Of a stretch of DNA of 59,571 bases, positions 12,406 to 27,518 are shown in pieces. The position numbers and the translations under genes were made by a program. Every line of letters starts with the position of its first letter. The stretch's first letter is position 1. The DNA comes from Nemertoderma westbladi (taxonomy: Eukaryota; Animalia; Xenacoelomorpha): positions 1 through 59,571 of the forward strand of contig JAUCBJ010008391.1 in assembly GCA_032718475.1 (NCBI GenBank). Direction: 5' to 3'. The notes beneath the pieces are model-generated. The model saw only the letters and a list, made by a program, of their open reading frames with translations, did not search any database and was not told where the DNA came from.

Positions 12406-13299
12406 TTAATGTTTAACCGGTCTATACATGGCTTTTGGTGTATGGTGTTTCACAATTTCTATTTCGGTTTAAGTTTATTTATATTGTTATGGACAATAAA
12501 CCAATCAATCAGTCACTCACTCACTCACTCTTTAATTCATTCACACATTCACTCATTCATTCATTCACTCACCCACACACTCATTCACTGACCCACTTAT
12601 TCACTCACTCGCTCGCTCACCCAAACATTCACTGACCCACTCACTCAGTCACTCACTCACCCACTCACACATTCACTCGCTCATCACACATTCACTCACC
12701 CACTCGCTCGCTCACCCAAACATTCACTCACCCACTCACTCAGTCACTCACTCACACATTCACTCACCCACTCACTCGCTCATCACACATTCTCACTCAC
12801 TCTTATTAACATACTTTATTGAAATATTAACGACTTTTTAAAAGACTATTAACAACTTCCTTGCTTACTTTAACTTGCCTTTAGAGTTTATAACCCACAG
12901 TAAAAATTATGCATTGTAGAAAAATTTGTCTACGAAAACCATCGGAGTATATTTCAAGTTTAGAATAATTACAAAGACAACAGCCCTAATATTCCGATAT
13001 ATTATTACCATCTCATTAAATGATACTCTAGCTGGTGTGTGTGGTGGTTGTACGGAAAACCCCATATTATTGGAAAGATGTGCCACAAGGCCACACAGTT
13101 AGCGCAGATATATGTTGTAACTGTAAAAAGCAACCTTAGGGCCAGTCAGATACGAAAGCAGTCTATGGGCCACAGGGCCTAGAGGCAACATGTTGCCAAG
13201 ATGCCACTAATGTTGCCATAGGGCCACATTTATATGCTGAGAGGTTGCCAAAGGGCCACTGCCAATTCTGGAGGGGTGGCACAGTGGCAACATTTATAT

Positions 13300-13360
<61 letters not shown>

Positions 13361-14413
13361 ATATTACATATATATTAAGAATGCTGTGCCGGCTTGTCAA
13401 TAAAATTACTACCGGTCTTATTTGTTTATTTCTCTATTCTAGTATTTGGTTTCATTTCCTGTATTATATTGGTCAATTGGTACTGTGCCGTATTTAGATA
13501 GGGTAGGGACTCACAGTACACTGCTGATGATGGAGCTGTGTTTCCCCGGGTACAGTGTTTAAATCCTGAAACCCTTTATTTTTATCAAATTTAGTATGTA
13601 GACTTACCTCTTTCGGCGGACTAAATGTCCTGTATTTTTTAATATATAGGATAGTTATTCGTGCAGTTATTAAAGTGTTTATTTGTAGTTAGGTTTCATT
13701 TTTGATAGGAGACTGGATCACATTGTTTCTATATATATATTTCGCCAGTCAGGTTGTACTGTACCCATCTTGTTTCTTATATATATATATATATATATAA
13801 TTAAATTAAGTAATAGGAACGCTTTTTCAAACAACCATGTTCAGCATGATCCGGTCTCTCAAATATAGTCTAGTGTAGAACGAAAAATATAGACAGACCA
13901 ATATCAAGCAATAAAAATAAAATGTATATGTGATCAGCTGACAGCAACCAACTGACCCGTAGGATTCGCCTCACGAATGAAGGCATTCTCAAGAGACCAG
14001 GCCAAGATATGACATTAAGAGTGAAGCCCCAAATGGGGAAAGAACGGCCAATGAAAAGAAAAGAGGTGTGACCAGTAATGCAGTAAACCATCCATTGGGA
14101 AGCAGCACCACAAACTTGCGCCAATCACGTTTTTCCATTGAAGTAATGGTATGGCTGTATGGTATGACGGACTGTAGAATGTCTATCCCCTACAAGTAAT
14201 AATGACATGGTTTTGATAAAGGATAAAGGTTCGGATTATGCGGTCAGACAATGATGGGCGTTTTATCCGGCTTTTCTGCTCATTCCATCTCTACAATACT
14301 AAGTATATCCTGGCACACGGATAACAAAAAACTTGTCTCAAATTGTAATATTTACGAACATGTAATGAAACGCCAATTTTGTTATAAAATGTTCAGCATC
14401 CGCCAGATGCTAA

Positions 14414-15240
14414 ATATGTAAACAAATTGCGAATATTGTGGTTATTAAAAGTCTACATATCGCCAGGGTATATGTAAAATGGTTTCAGTACGCCTAGAGT
14501 AATGGCATGGTTCAGTTTTGCGTTATCGTTGTAATGGTTTCATGTAAGGGTTCTGTTTCAAGATTTTGTTATGATTCGGGTAATGCTTTAGATCTCTTAA
14601 GGTCACAGTGCAGGAAAAAATGATGGTTTTGCCTATGATTTTGTTATGGTCCATGTATGTTATGGTTCAGATTATGTAAATAATGTGCCTTCTAAACAAA
14701 TTACTGTACACTGGACATTCCTAAATAAATATTACCCGCAGAATTCTGCTCATTGAATATTTTGATATCTGACATATAAATAAATAACATGTTACAACAA
14801 ATACTAAATACAGTATGTAAACAATTTGCCAATGTGGTTATTAAAAAGTCTACATTTCGCCAGGGTATATGTCAAATGGTTTCAGTACGCCTAGAGTAAT
14901 GAAATGGTATGGTTCAGTTTTGCGTTATCGTTGTATTGTTTCATGTAAGGCTTTTAGATCTCTTATTTTCACAGTGCAGGTAATGATACCGGTGTATAGT
15001 TTTGCCTATGTTTTTTGATATGGTACTGGTCCATGTATGTTATGGTTCAGGTATGTTATGGTCCAGGTATGTTATGGTTCAGGTATGTTATGGTCCAGGT
15101 ATGTTATGGTTCAGATTATGTAAATAATGTGGCCTTCGAAATAATTTACTGTACACTGGACATTCCTAAATATTACCCGCGCAATAAATTCTGCTCATTG
15201 AATATGTTGATATCTGACATATAAATATATAACATGTTAC
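14414..15240. repeat. Diverged ~400-bp tandem duplication with 15-bp GGTATGTTATGGTYCA expansion
   Basis: 14414 ATATGTAAACAAATTGC...CGCCAGGGTATATG...GATATCTGACATATAAAT recurs from ~14813. Confidence 0.8.
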
Positions 15241-16620
15241 ATACAGTAGTTACCATACAGTACATACCATACCATACCATACGGTACCATACCATACAGC
15301 AGTTTTCGTTACAGTAGTAACGAAAATAATTCCCAGTTATTTGTAATTGCCCACTACCTGAAATACTTTACTTCCAGGTGTATAGACTGCAACCATACTG
15401 AGGGCATTATTCCCCTAATTAGAACTACATTGTATTAACGTTGTAGCAACTTGGTTATCTCGGGACTTTTTAATTTCTTGTTGGGTGTGAATGTTATCTA
15501 ACGTACTCACAATATCACTATCATAGTGCTTTAGCACTTTAGCACTCACCGCAGAACAGTTAGTGCTATCAGGAGAAACTTCTTTCCCACCCATTTAAAA
15601 CAGAACCCAGATTTTCCGTTACGTTCCAACCTACTTCAACTTTACAAGGTATTGTGGATCGAGCCACGCAGTCAGGGCAAGCCTTACCGCATAATTATAA
15701 TTAGTAAATAGGGCAAAATTTAATGTCCGTCTGTTTGTCTGTCTGTCTGTCCTTCTGTTTGTCTGTCTGTTTGTCTGTCTGTCTGTCCGTCTGTTTTTCC
15801 GTCTGTAATAAAAGATTCAATCGTAAATAACTTTTGAAGATTTTAACCATTTTCAACCAAATTTTGTATGGGCATACTAAAGAAAAGGTTCCAATATTTT
15901 TGAAAGTTACGCGGAAATACTTCTCGAAATTTTGACTCCAGATCAAATTGAACTTGTTTCGAACTGTAACTTATAGGATAATGCTTCACTTCCCCCCTCC
16001 CTTAGCGGCTTAATTAGAGCCTGCAACCATACTAAGGGCATTATTCCCCTAATTAGAACTGTATTGTATAAACGTTGTAGCAACTTGGTTATCTCAGGAC
16101 TTTTTAAATACCTTGTTGGGTGTGAATGTTATCTAACGTAGACTTGTCTCTAACGAAAGATATCCATGGACCCAGCAATCTTATGTTGAATAATAAAACA
16201 CGTTCGTGGGGCCTTCGCGCAGCACAAGGCTCAGTTAAGAGATACCAATTAAAATTGAGCAATTCTAACACAAAATATGTATTTAAGAAATTAACCAAAC
16301 CACAAATAAATCATAAGAGGGGAAAGTTGCTCGCTTTCAACGCCCTCCCCCCTTAATCTGCACCCCAACCCAAAGGCACACATAGGATTGTTCACAGGCA
16401 GGTATTAACAGAAAAATGGTGTTTCAAAAGTAATATATTTTAGGCGTGGAGGCGACCCAATTTATGAGAAATATTATAACTTACCTTATGACGTTTTAGT
16501 ATTGATACTGAAATATTATTTTACCATGTCGATGTCACAACAAAATTATTTAGCTATATTTATTTTAAAGAATCTCCATTAAATACTCAGCCAATCATTT
16601 TGCGAGATAAACAATAAGCA

Positions 16621-17633
<1,013 letters not shown>

Positions 17634-18012
17634 GACCCACAATCTAATGTTAAATAAAATTATCATTTATTATTATTATTATTTTGTAATTATTATTTCG
17701 GTCGGAATTGTCCTATGCTGGATCCGGACATTTCCGACCCATGAAAATTTAATTCGATCTCTGAATGGGTCGGAATTGTCCGGGTAGGAATTGTCCGCGT
17801 CGCAATTGTCCGTACACCTTAGTACACCTTAGTACACGCTACACCCTTAGCATACAAATGTCCGCAATTTTTATGGAAATTTATGTTGTTAGGCTCATTG
17901 TTACCATAGCAAAGCAATCGTTGGAGTTAATTAGCTGGGGTCGGTGACTTTAGAAATATACAACCGAAATATGCGTTTGTTTCCATAGTAACTTTGCTTA
18001 ACTTTAACAACG

Positions 18013-18046
<34 letters not shown>

Positions 18047-18106
18047 TATAATGTGAGTTAAAATATAATTTTATTATTAATTATTTTGTTAATTAATTAT
18101 CTTTAG

Positions 18107-18240
18107 AATTAATTAACATCGTCGTGTTGTACGGAGTTGAGCCATCGGAGACACCAGTTGGAATTGGAGCTGTGAAGGATATGTATCCGGTAACCAGGGG
18201 GGATGACTTACCGGAGGTATGGGATGCGTCATTCTTTAGG
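18107..18240 (+). CDS. Internal coding exon of host hemopexin-like domain protein
   Basis: Acceptor TTATCTTTAG|, donor AGG|GTGAGT; 134 nt, phase 1 to phase 0; (E)LINIVVLYGVEPSETPVGIGAVKDMYPVTRGDDLPEVWDASFFR. Confidence 0.7.
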
Positions 18241-18491
18241 GTGAGTTGTTGGTGGGTCGATAATGATGTATTGAGAGAGGTCTAAAAGAGAGAACCTTCG
18301 CCAAATTTGTTGTTTTTAAACCATCTTAGCTGATTCCTGGCAGATATCTACTTTACCATAGGATGCGTGTTAAGGGGAGTCGCTACATTAAGCTGGTACA
18401 GCATTCATAAAATATATGTAATATATATATAATGCAGCTGCAACGCAGCATGCCGATCCTAGTAGGGGACGTTTAACAGTCTGTAGTACTC

Positions 18492-21400
18492 CAGCAGTCC
18501 GCTACGGGCGAAATGCCGGAAAGTGAAAGCTTTCATGCAGCCGATATAAGTCACACCACTAGGATCCATCGTTCACACCACTAGGATCCATCGTACACAC
18601 CACTAGGATCCATCGTCCACACCACTAGGATCCATCGTTCACACCACTAGGATCCATCGTACACACCACTAGGATCCATCGTCCACACCACTACGATCCA
18701 TCGTTCACACCACTAGGATTCATCGTACACACCACTAGGATCCATCGTACACACCACTAGGATCCATCGTACACACAACTAGGATCCATCATACACACAA
18801 CTAGTATACATCGTTCACACCACTGGGATCCATCGTACACACCACTAGGATCCATCGTACACACCACTAGGAACCATCGCACATACCATAGGATCCATCG
18901 TACACACCACTAGGATCCATCGTGCACAACACTAGGATCCATCGTACACACCACTAGGATCCATCGTACACACCACTAGGATCCATCGTCCACACCTCTA
19001 GGATCCATCGTCCACACCACTAGGATCCATCGTCCTCACCACTAGTATCTATCGTCCACACCACTAGGATACATTGTCCACACCACTAGGTCCCATCGTC
19101 CACACCACTAGGATCCATCGTACACACCACTAGGATCCATCGTCCACACTACTAGGATCCATCGTACACACCACTAGGATCCATCGTCCACACCACTAGG
19201 ATACATCATCCACACAGGATCCATCGTCCACACCACTAGGATCCATCGTACACACAACTAGGATCCATCGTACACACCACTAGGATCCATCGTCCATACC
19301 ACTAGGATACATCGTCCACACCACTAGGATCCATCGTACAAACCACTAGGATCCATCGTCCACACCACTAGGATACATCGTCCACACAGGATCCATCGTC
19401 AACACCACTAGGATCCATCGTATCACTACTAGGATCCATCGTCCACACCACTAGTATCTATCGTCCACACCACTAGGATACATTGTCCACACCACTAGGT
19501 CCCATCGTCCACACCACTAGGATCCATCGTCCACACCACTAGGATCCATCGTCCACACCACTAGTATCTATCGTCCACACCACTAGGATACATTGTCCAC
19601 ACCACTAGGTCCCATCGTCCACACCACTAGGATCCATCGTACACACCACTAGGATCCAACGTCCACACTACTAGGATCCATCGTACACACCACTAGGATC
19701 CATCGTCCACACCACTAGTATACATCATCCACACAGGATCCATCGTCCACACCACTAGGATCCATCGTACACACAACTAGGATCCATCGTACACACCACT
19801 AGGATCCATCGTCCATACCACTAGGATCCATCGTACAAACCACTAGGATCCATCGTCCACACCACTAGGATACATCGTCCACACAGGATCCATCGTCCAC
19901 ACCACTAGGATACATCGTCCACACCACTAGGATCCATCGTCCACACCACTAGGATCCATCGTACACACCACTAGGATCCATCGTCCACACTACAAGGAGC
20001 CATCGTCCACACCACTAGGATCCATCGTACACACCACTAGGATCCATCGTCCACACTACGAGGATCCATCGTACACACCACTAGGATCCATCGTCCACAC
20101 CACTAGGATACTTCGTCCACACAGGATCCATCGTCCATACCACTAGGATCCAAAGTACACACCACTAGGATCCATCATACACACCACTAGGATCCATCGT
20201 ACACACCACTAGGATCCATCGTCCACACCACTAGGATACATCGTCCACACCACTAGGATCCCTCGTACACACCACTAGGATCCATCGTCCACACCACTAG
20301 GATACATTGTCCACACAGGGTCCATCGTTTACACCACTAGGATCCATCGTACACACCAATAGGATCCATCGTCCACACTACTAAGATCCATCGTACAAAC
20401 CACTAGTATCCATTGTCCACACCACTATGATCCATTGTAGACACCACTAGGATCCATCGTCCACACCACTAGGATCCATCGTCCACACCACTAGGATCCA
20501 TCGTACACACCACTACGATCCGTCGTCCCCACTAGGATCCATAGTCAACACCACTACGATCCATCGTACACACCACTAGGATCCATCGTACACACCACTA
20601 GGATCCATCGTCCACACCACTAGGATAATCATCCACACAGGATCCATCATCGTCTACACCACTAGGATCCATCGTACACACCACTAGGATCCATCGTACA
20701 CACCACCAGGATCTATCGTACACACCACTAGGATCCATCGTCCACACCACTAGGATACATCGTCCACACCACTAGGATCCATCGTACACACCACTAGGAT
20801 CCATCGTCCACACTACTAGGATCCATCGTTCAACCACTAGGATCCATCGTACACACCACTAGGATCCATCGTCCACACTACTAGGATCCATCGTACACAC
20901 CACTAGAATCCATCGTCCACACCACCAGGATACATCATCCACACCACTAGGATCCATCGTCCACACCAGTAGGATCCATCGTACACACCACTAGGATCCA
21001 TCGTACACACCAATAGGATCCATCGTACACACCACTAGGATCCATCGTCCATACCACTAGGATACATCGTCCACACCACTAGGATCCATCGTACACACCA
21101 CTAGGATCCATCGTCCACACCACTAGGATACATCGTCCACACAGGATCCATCGTCCACACCACTAGGATCCATCGTACGCACCACAAGGATCCATCGTCC
21201 ACACTACTAGGATCCATTGTACACACCACTAGGATCCATCGTACACACCACTAGGATCCATCGTACACACCACTAGGATCCATCGTCCACACCACTAGGA
21301 TCCATCGTCCACACCACTAGGATCCATCGTCCACACCACTAGGATACATCGTCCACACCACTAGGATCCATCGTACACACCACTAGGATTCATCGTCCAC

Positions 21401-22497
21401 ACTACTAGGATACATCGTCCACACCACTAGGATCCATCGTCCACACCACTAGGATCCATCGTACACACCACTAGGATCCATCGTCAACACCACTAGGATC
21501 CATCGTCCACACCACTAGGATCCATCGTCAACACCACTAGGATCCATCGCCCACACCACTAGGATCCATCGTACACACCGCTAGGATCCATCGTCCACAC
21601 CACTAGGATCCATCGTCCACACAGGATCCATCGTCCACACCATTAGGATCCATCGTACACACCACTAGGATCCATCGTACACACCACTAGGATCCATCGT
21701 ACACACTACTAGGATCCATCGTCCACACCACTAGGATACATCGTCCACACCACTAGGATCCATCGTACACACCACTAGGATCCATCGTCCACACCACTAG
21801 GATACATCGTCCACACAGGGATCCATCGTCCACACCACTAGGATCCATCGTACACACCAATAGGATCTATCGTCCGCACTACTAGGATCCATCGTACACA
21901 CCACTAGTATCCATCGTACACACCACTAGGATCCATCGTACACACCACTAGGATCCATCGTCCACACCACTAAGATCCATTGTAGACACCACTAGGATCC
22001 ATCGTCCACACCACTAGGATCCATCGTCCACACAACTAGGATCCATCGTACACACCACTAGGATCCGTCTTCCCCACTAGGATCTATTGTCAACACCACT
22101 ACGATCAATCGTACACACCACTAGGATCCGTCGTCCCCACTAGGATCCATCGTCAACACTACTAGGATCCATCGTCCACACCACTAAGGATCTATCGTAC
22201 ACACCACTAGGATCCATCGTCCACACCACTAGGATCCATCGTACACACCACTAGGATCCATCGTCCACACCACTAGGATATCGTCCACACTGGATCATCG
22301 TCCACACCACTAGGATCCATCGTCCACACCACTAGAATCCATCGTACACACCACTAGGATCCATCGTTCACACCACTAGGATCCATCGTACACACCACTA
22401 GGATCCGTCGTCCCCAATAGGATCCATCGTCTACACCACTAGGATCCATCGTCCACACCACTAGGATCCGTCGTCCAATCTATTAGGATCCATCGCC
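18492..22497. repeat. 22-bp minisatellite (CACACCACTAGGATCCATCGT[A/C])n, ~4 kb, roughly 180 units
   Basis: Read directly; most units contain a BamHI site and a TAG on both strands, so non-coding. Confidence 0.97.
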
Positions 22498-23248
22498 GAC
22501 CGGTCCCGTAACGTAACACCTCCATAGTTCCCAATCAGCCATGTAAACCCCAATTCATCTGCGTTGAATACCAAGACGTATATTTCCGCAGATGTTACAG
22601 GAATGGCAATAGCTGTCCACCACGTTCCCCCCACTATCTAACTGCCAGATAACAATATTATGCACCGCATCCGTAGTACCTGCAGGGTGGGTCTGGGTGT
22701 TGGAAATTCTCGGTCATTGTAGATAGATTGTACAACACCTCGTTAGTTAAGTGAGAGGTGAAGTGATGATTGTGAAGTTATGTCCCATTTCGGTGTTTAT
22801 AATTATTTTGACCTGATCCTTGACAGAGATCTACTATAGTATAGGCTGTGTCGTGATGGATTGCTGCAACATGTGATGTTTTCTAAGTTAATTAAATATT
22901 ATGGTATGTGTTTGGAATGGTAAACATGTTGCAGCTTTTTTTGTCACATCTTCTAACAACTGCAAATTCCTCAGTCTGCATTTCCCAGCTTCCGAAAAAA
23001 AATATCAATATGGATGAAAATTTATGAATCGGTCAAGAGTTTACACCAGGGGTCTCGTTGTAGACGATGTACCAGTGGATATAACAAGTCTAGTTTGGAA
23101 AACGATCTGCACCCCTCAATTCTGTATGGTGCAGCTATCGTGCCGCTATACTTCGACTGCGCTGCTACATATCTAACATTTGTCTATATAATCTGTTCGA
23201 TAAAGATAGTTTTTTGATTTCTCCTGGAAATGCCGGGCGCGGAGCATT

Positions 23249-24302
23249 TACTACTAATACTACGATCGGCATGCTGCATTGCAGCTGCATTATATATATT
23301 ACATATATATTAAGAATGTTGTGCCGGCTTGTCGACAATATTGCGCCACCACAACACATTATCACCCGTGACATTTGCTAGATCATCCGCACCTTATAGG
23401 CCAGTGTCCTTTAAGATGCGTCTCAAGGAAGTCATGGGCTGTCCACCATGCTATTTCACTCCATGAGGCCGCCAAAGCACAAGATTATGCACTGGCTGGT
23501 CCTCACGGCGAAAGCAATGTCCTGCAAAGCGGAGGCGATTTTGTTCTAGTGTCAAGCTTGGGGGAACCAATGAGATACCTCCAATGTTATATAGTGTCTG
23601 GTTGGAGATGTGTGCATTGCACTTGACACCGTGAACACGGCGTAGCATTCTTGTGAATGTGCCATCCAGAGATTTCGTGTCCTCGGCTGTTAGAGCCCAG
23701 CATGGACTCCCATAGAGGAGTACTGGAACTACTGCTGCTCTAAATAATCGGACTTTAAGTTTCCGAAGAATTCTGAGTGACTTCCAAATCCTGGAAAGCC
23801 CATTCAAGGCTGCCCATGCCTTTCCCTTACGTATTCGAACGTCCTCACCTGACTTCCGGAACCATGATCCCAGGTAACAGAAGTCGTCCACATGCTCAAG
23901 CATACCATCCTTTGAGCTTATGCTCATCCGGTCAGAGACTTGCTGAGGACTTTCAAAGTTAACTGTAAAATTGTTGTTGGTCTTTTTAGAGTTAATAAAA
24001 AGACGAGCACTAGAAGCAGCCTGTTCTAATAAGCTGAGGAGCCGTTGGGCTCCCTCTAGTCATTCTTAGAGTACTCCTAAGTAATCAGCAAAGTCTAGAT
24101 CAGTTAGGTGCTTGGCAGGATTTCCTCGACTTCTGGAGCCAGTAGGTGGAGTTACCATAACCCCATCATCATTATGATAATCTAAGGACATGCGTAGAAC
24201 ATAGTCAACCACAACTATGATTAAGAATGGCGCAAGTGTGTCTTCCTGTAGGACTCCCCATAACACTTCGAATGGTTCTGTATCACCGTCAACAGTAGAC
24301 AC
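23249..24302 (-). mobile_element. 5'-truncated RTE-clade LINE
   Basis: GVLQEDTLAPFLIIVVVDYVL, LTDLDFAD, FCYLGSW, LLYGSPCW, RLRFAGHC; (TAG)n tail near 23249. Confidence 0.9.
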
Positions 24303-24384
24303 AGGCCGAACATTTACTCTTCGCTCAATTGCGAAAATTCAAAGATCGTATACTTCTTTACCTAATTATTGTGCGTCAACTAGC

Positions 24385-25213
24385 TGACGAAGCAAAAGAA
24401 GTGATGTTCTCAGACTATATACGAGGGAGCCCAACGGCTCCTCAGCTCATTAGAACATGCTGCTTCTAGTGTTTGTCTTTTTATTAACTCCAGAAAGACC
24501 AACATTTTGACGGTTAACTTTGAAAGTCCCCAGCAAGTCTCTGATCGGATGAGCATAAGCTCAAAGGATGGTATGCTTGAGCATGTGGACGACTTCTGTT
24601 ACCTGGGATCATGGATCCGGAAGTCAGGTGAGGACCTTCGAATACGTTAGGGAAAGGCATGGGCAGCCTTGAATAGGCTTTCCAGGATTTGTAAGTCACC
24701 GAGAATTAATCGGAAACTTAAGGTCCGATTATTTAGAGCAGCAGTAGTTCCAGTACTCCTCTATGGGAGTCCATGCTGGGCTCTAACTGCTGAGGACACC
24801 AAATCTCTGGATGGCACATTCACAAGAATGCTACGCCGGGTTCATTGTGTCAAGTACAATGCACACATCTCCAACCAGACACTATATAACATTGGAGGTG
24901 TCTCATTGGTTCCCCCAAGCTTGACACTAGAACAAAATCGCCTCCGCTTTGCAGGACATTGCTTTCGCCGTGAGGACCAGCCAGTGCATAATATTGTACT
25001 TTGGTAGCGTCATGGAGTGAATAAGCATGGTGGACAGCCCATGACTTTCTTGAGACGCATCTTAAAGGACACTGGCCTTGAAGATGCGGATGATCTAGCA
25101 AATGTCATGGGTGATAAGGAGTTGTGGCGGCGCAATTTTGACGACAAGCCGGCACAACATTCTTAAAAATGCAGTTGCAATGCAGCATGCCTATCCTAGT
25201 AGTAGTCGTAGTA
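24385..25213 (+). mobile_element. 5'-truncated RTE-clade LINE, inverted relative to the neighbouring copy
   Basis: Same family; RLFRAAVVPVLLYGSPCW...RLRFAGHC; tail CCTAGTAGTAGTCGTAGTAG. Confidence 0.9.
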
Positions 25214-25303
25214 GTATATCTTTAATTATTATATTATTATTATTATTACAATTTTTTTTATTTGTATGTTATTTTAATTTTAAGTTACATATTTTTGTTT
25301 CAG

Positions 25304-25417
25304 GATGATAAGACATTGGTGGTATTCAAAGGCAAACATTTCTACGTATACGATGTGGAAAAAAAGAGAATTAAAAAAAAGCAGGAAATTAAGAAACGTT
25401 ATGGGCGTTGTCACTAA
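25304..25417 (+). CDS. Terminal coding exon of host hemopexin-like domain protein
   Basis: Acceptor TTTTTGTTTCAG|, phase 0; DDKTLVVFKGKHFYVYDVEKKRIKKKQEIKKRYGRCH*; with the previous exon gives WDASFFRDDKTLVVFKGKHFYVYD, matching the hemopexin repeat (IDAAF...xYFFKG..YW.YD) and the terminal Cys. Confidence 0.75.
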   Translation, partial: DDKTLVVFKGKHFYVYDVEKKRIKKKQEIKKRYGRCH

Positions 25418-26340
25418 TACTGTATAAGAGAGATGTAGGCCTACAATTAAGACTAAGTTGTAAAATGAATGTTTGGGTAAATGTTTGGTGACGGGAATGT
25501 TGGAGTGCTTGGTAGAATTGGTCTTTTTGATGACATAGACCCTTCTCCATATTTTATACAAAAAATGAACAATATATTATGGGTGTACTTAACTATTTCG
25601 ACCTGTTTATTACAAGCAGTACACAAAACGATGGTTGAATATTGTTAGTTGATTATAATACGTTCCCATAACGTACAGTAGTCCGAGCGAGATTAACTTT
25701 TTTGGCCGCAAATTCCAATCTAAATTATTCTTGTTTCGACTTCCACACCACTTACTGTATTACTTTATATCAACTACAAGGAACAATTTGGACATATTTC
25801 ATCTTTTACAAGGAAAGACAGGGGCATATACGCATAATCTTTGTATAATTATTCATTGACTTTGGCTCTGTCTCAGCCACACATGTTTAGGATCGTTGGA
25901 TCACCGACGAGTCGCGCGACGGATGAGACGTACGGCCACTGCTGTCATCTTCTTACTACTGGGAACTACTGTCAGCTGGTGAGAGAAACAATGGTCAGCC
26001 ATTGTCATTGATGAAAAGTATTCTAAAAGAGTGATTATGTATATGAATTGGAGAGTTACATGTTACATGACTGAAAGGCTGATGGTGAACTGTGTGGAGG
26101 TGCAGTAATCAAATTATCGTTACTCCTACTCTTCAGCATCATTATCACAGTATTTTTACCAAACGTGGTATCAAACCTACAGGTCTACACAAAGTAACCA
26201 CGTAGTGCGTAGCAGTAACCAGCACGGGAACCGTTTGGTGGATTTAATCACCTTGCAGACACTAAGGTTGTAATAACGTTTGAGTTTGTGAATGGATTTT
26301 GCTCAAATTACTTGCAAGCCTTTTCGGTGCTATTTCTATA

Positions 26341-27518
26341 TGTAAAGGCTTTTGCGGAATTAGCTGGTTATTTTCCCCGCAAAGTACTCTGTAGTTGTTT
26401 TAACGGACATAAAAAGCCGTTTCCTTACTGTACCGGTGTTTTAGTGGACATAAAAAGCCATTTCTTCTGTATGTGTACTTTAGCGGACATAACTAGCGAT
26501 TTTATGTCGCAATAAGCCAAATGCTCTAAACATCGGAACTCAGATGACGACATCTATCAGCTGTGTCCACGTGTAACTTTTTCTTTGTTCTTTGTTCGTT
26601 CTTTGTTCGGTCGACCAATCAGAGCGTTTTTACTCTGTGTTGGACATTGTATACAGAAACTCACGCAATTCAGTCAGTGTGTGTAATTTTTCCTGATGCC
26701 AGAAGACCGGCTTTGGAATTTCTGTGTTTCAGGCTTTAGCCAAACATTAGTAGGCTTGATCATAGAAACGTATAACTGTTATCGCACCTCATATCAACGC
26801 AATTCATATTGTTACAAATCATATTGTCACCTACAAACACCGCATTTTTACTGCTATTTACTGTCGGTTATTAATTATATCAGTTGATGGAATATTATTA
26901 TATTTGGATAATATCGATAAATAATCATAAAACCCCAATCTTCTTGATATACTGAAGGTAAGAGACCGGTTACATATAACAATTGCGACTTACATTAAAG
27001 TGGTTTTGGAGTGAATCTAATGCTATTTCATAGGCACTACATGTGTCGGTTGCTGTTCTCTTTATATGTGACTAAAATTAGTGAAGGTCGGCAGATCAGT
27101 GTGTAGCATTGTGCGGTAGTGTGCATGATTGTGACTGATAACAAAGCATCTCCTAAAGAATGCGCTTTATACGTGAATCAATAGCCATCCCGTTGTGTTT
27201 AGTGTAAGTCATAACTCTGTTTACATACTTAGAGCGCCACGTCCTAAAGGAACTGTTGATATTTCCCGAAAGTGAATAATATTTGTCAGAAATTATATAT
27301 TAACGATCAGTCGAATAATACAGTAGGCCTACACCGCAATAAGGTCAAAGCTTCCGAATCCAGTCTCCCGGGTATATCCAGCGGGTGAATGGTCGCGCAT
27401 AGACTGGCTTCGGCTAATGTAGTGTATCAAATACTCGTCATAGGCTAAAGTCGATTTATAATCTAGAAGACATCTAAATTTGGCAGGTTAAACTGTTAAA
27501 GGTCTGAAAGCGCGAACA
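26341..27518 (+). repeat. 5' LTR (1178 bp)
   Basis: TGTAAAGGCT...GCGCGAACA; near identical to 45060-46358. Confidence 0.95.
26612..26963 (+). promoter_or_regulatory. Candidate LTR promoter (CCAAT, TCAGT initiator) and splice donor GAAG|GTAAGA at 26958
   Basis: CCAATCAGAGCG ~26615, TTCAGT ~26669 and GAAGGTAAGAGA are all retained in the diverged solo LTR (CCAATTAGAGCG ~31953, TTCAGT ~32030, GAAGGTAAGAGA ~32325). Confidence 0.4.

Noticed and set aside
18492-22497. 22-bp array as CRISPR or coding repeat
   Set aside because: Head-to-tail units without spacers; stops on both strands.
22500-22740. Minus-strand VVDSYCHSCNIC resembling an integrase zinc-binding fragment
   Set aside because: Short, stop-riddled, no supporting motifs.
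26696-26887. 63-aa ORF duplicated at 45536
   Set aside because: Duplicated only because it is in the LTRs; not conserved in the sister solo LTR.
27354-27518. Hammerhead ribozyme in the LTR
   Set aside because: No CUGANGA...GAAA core in the required arrangement; reported only as an unclassified structure.
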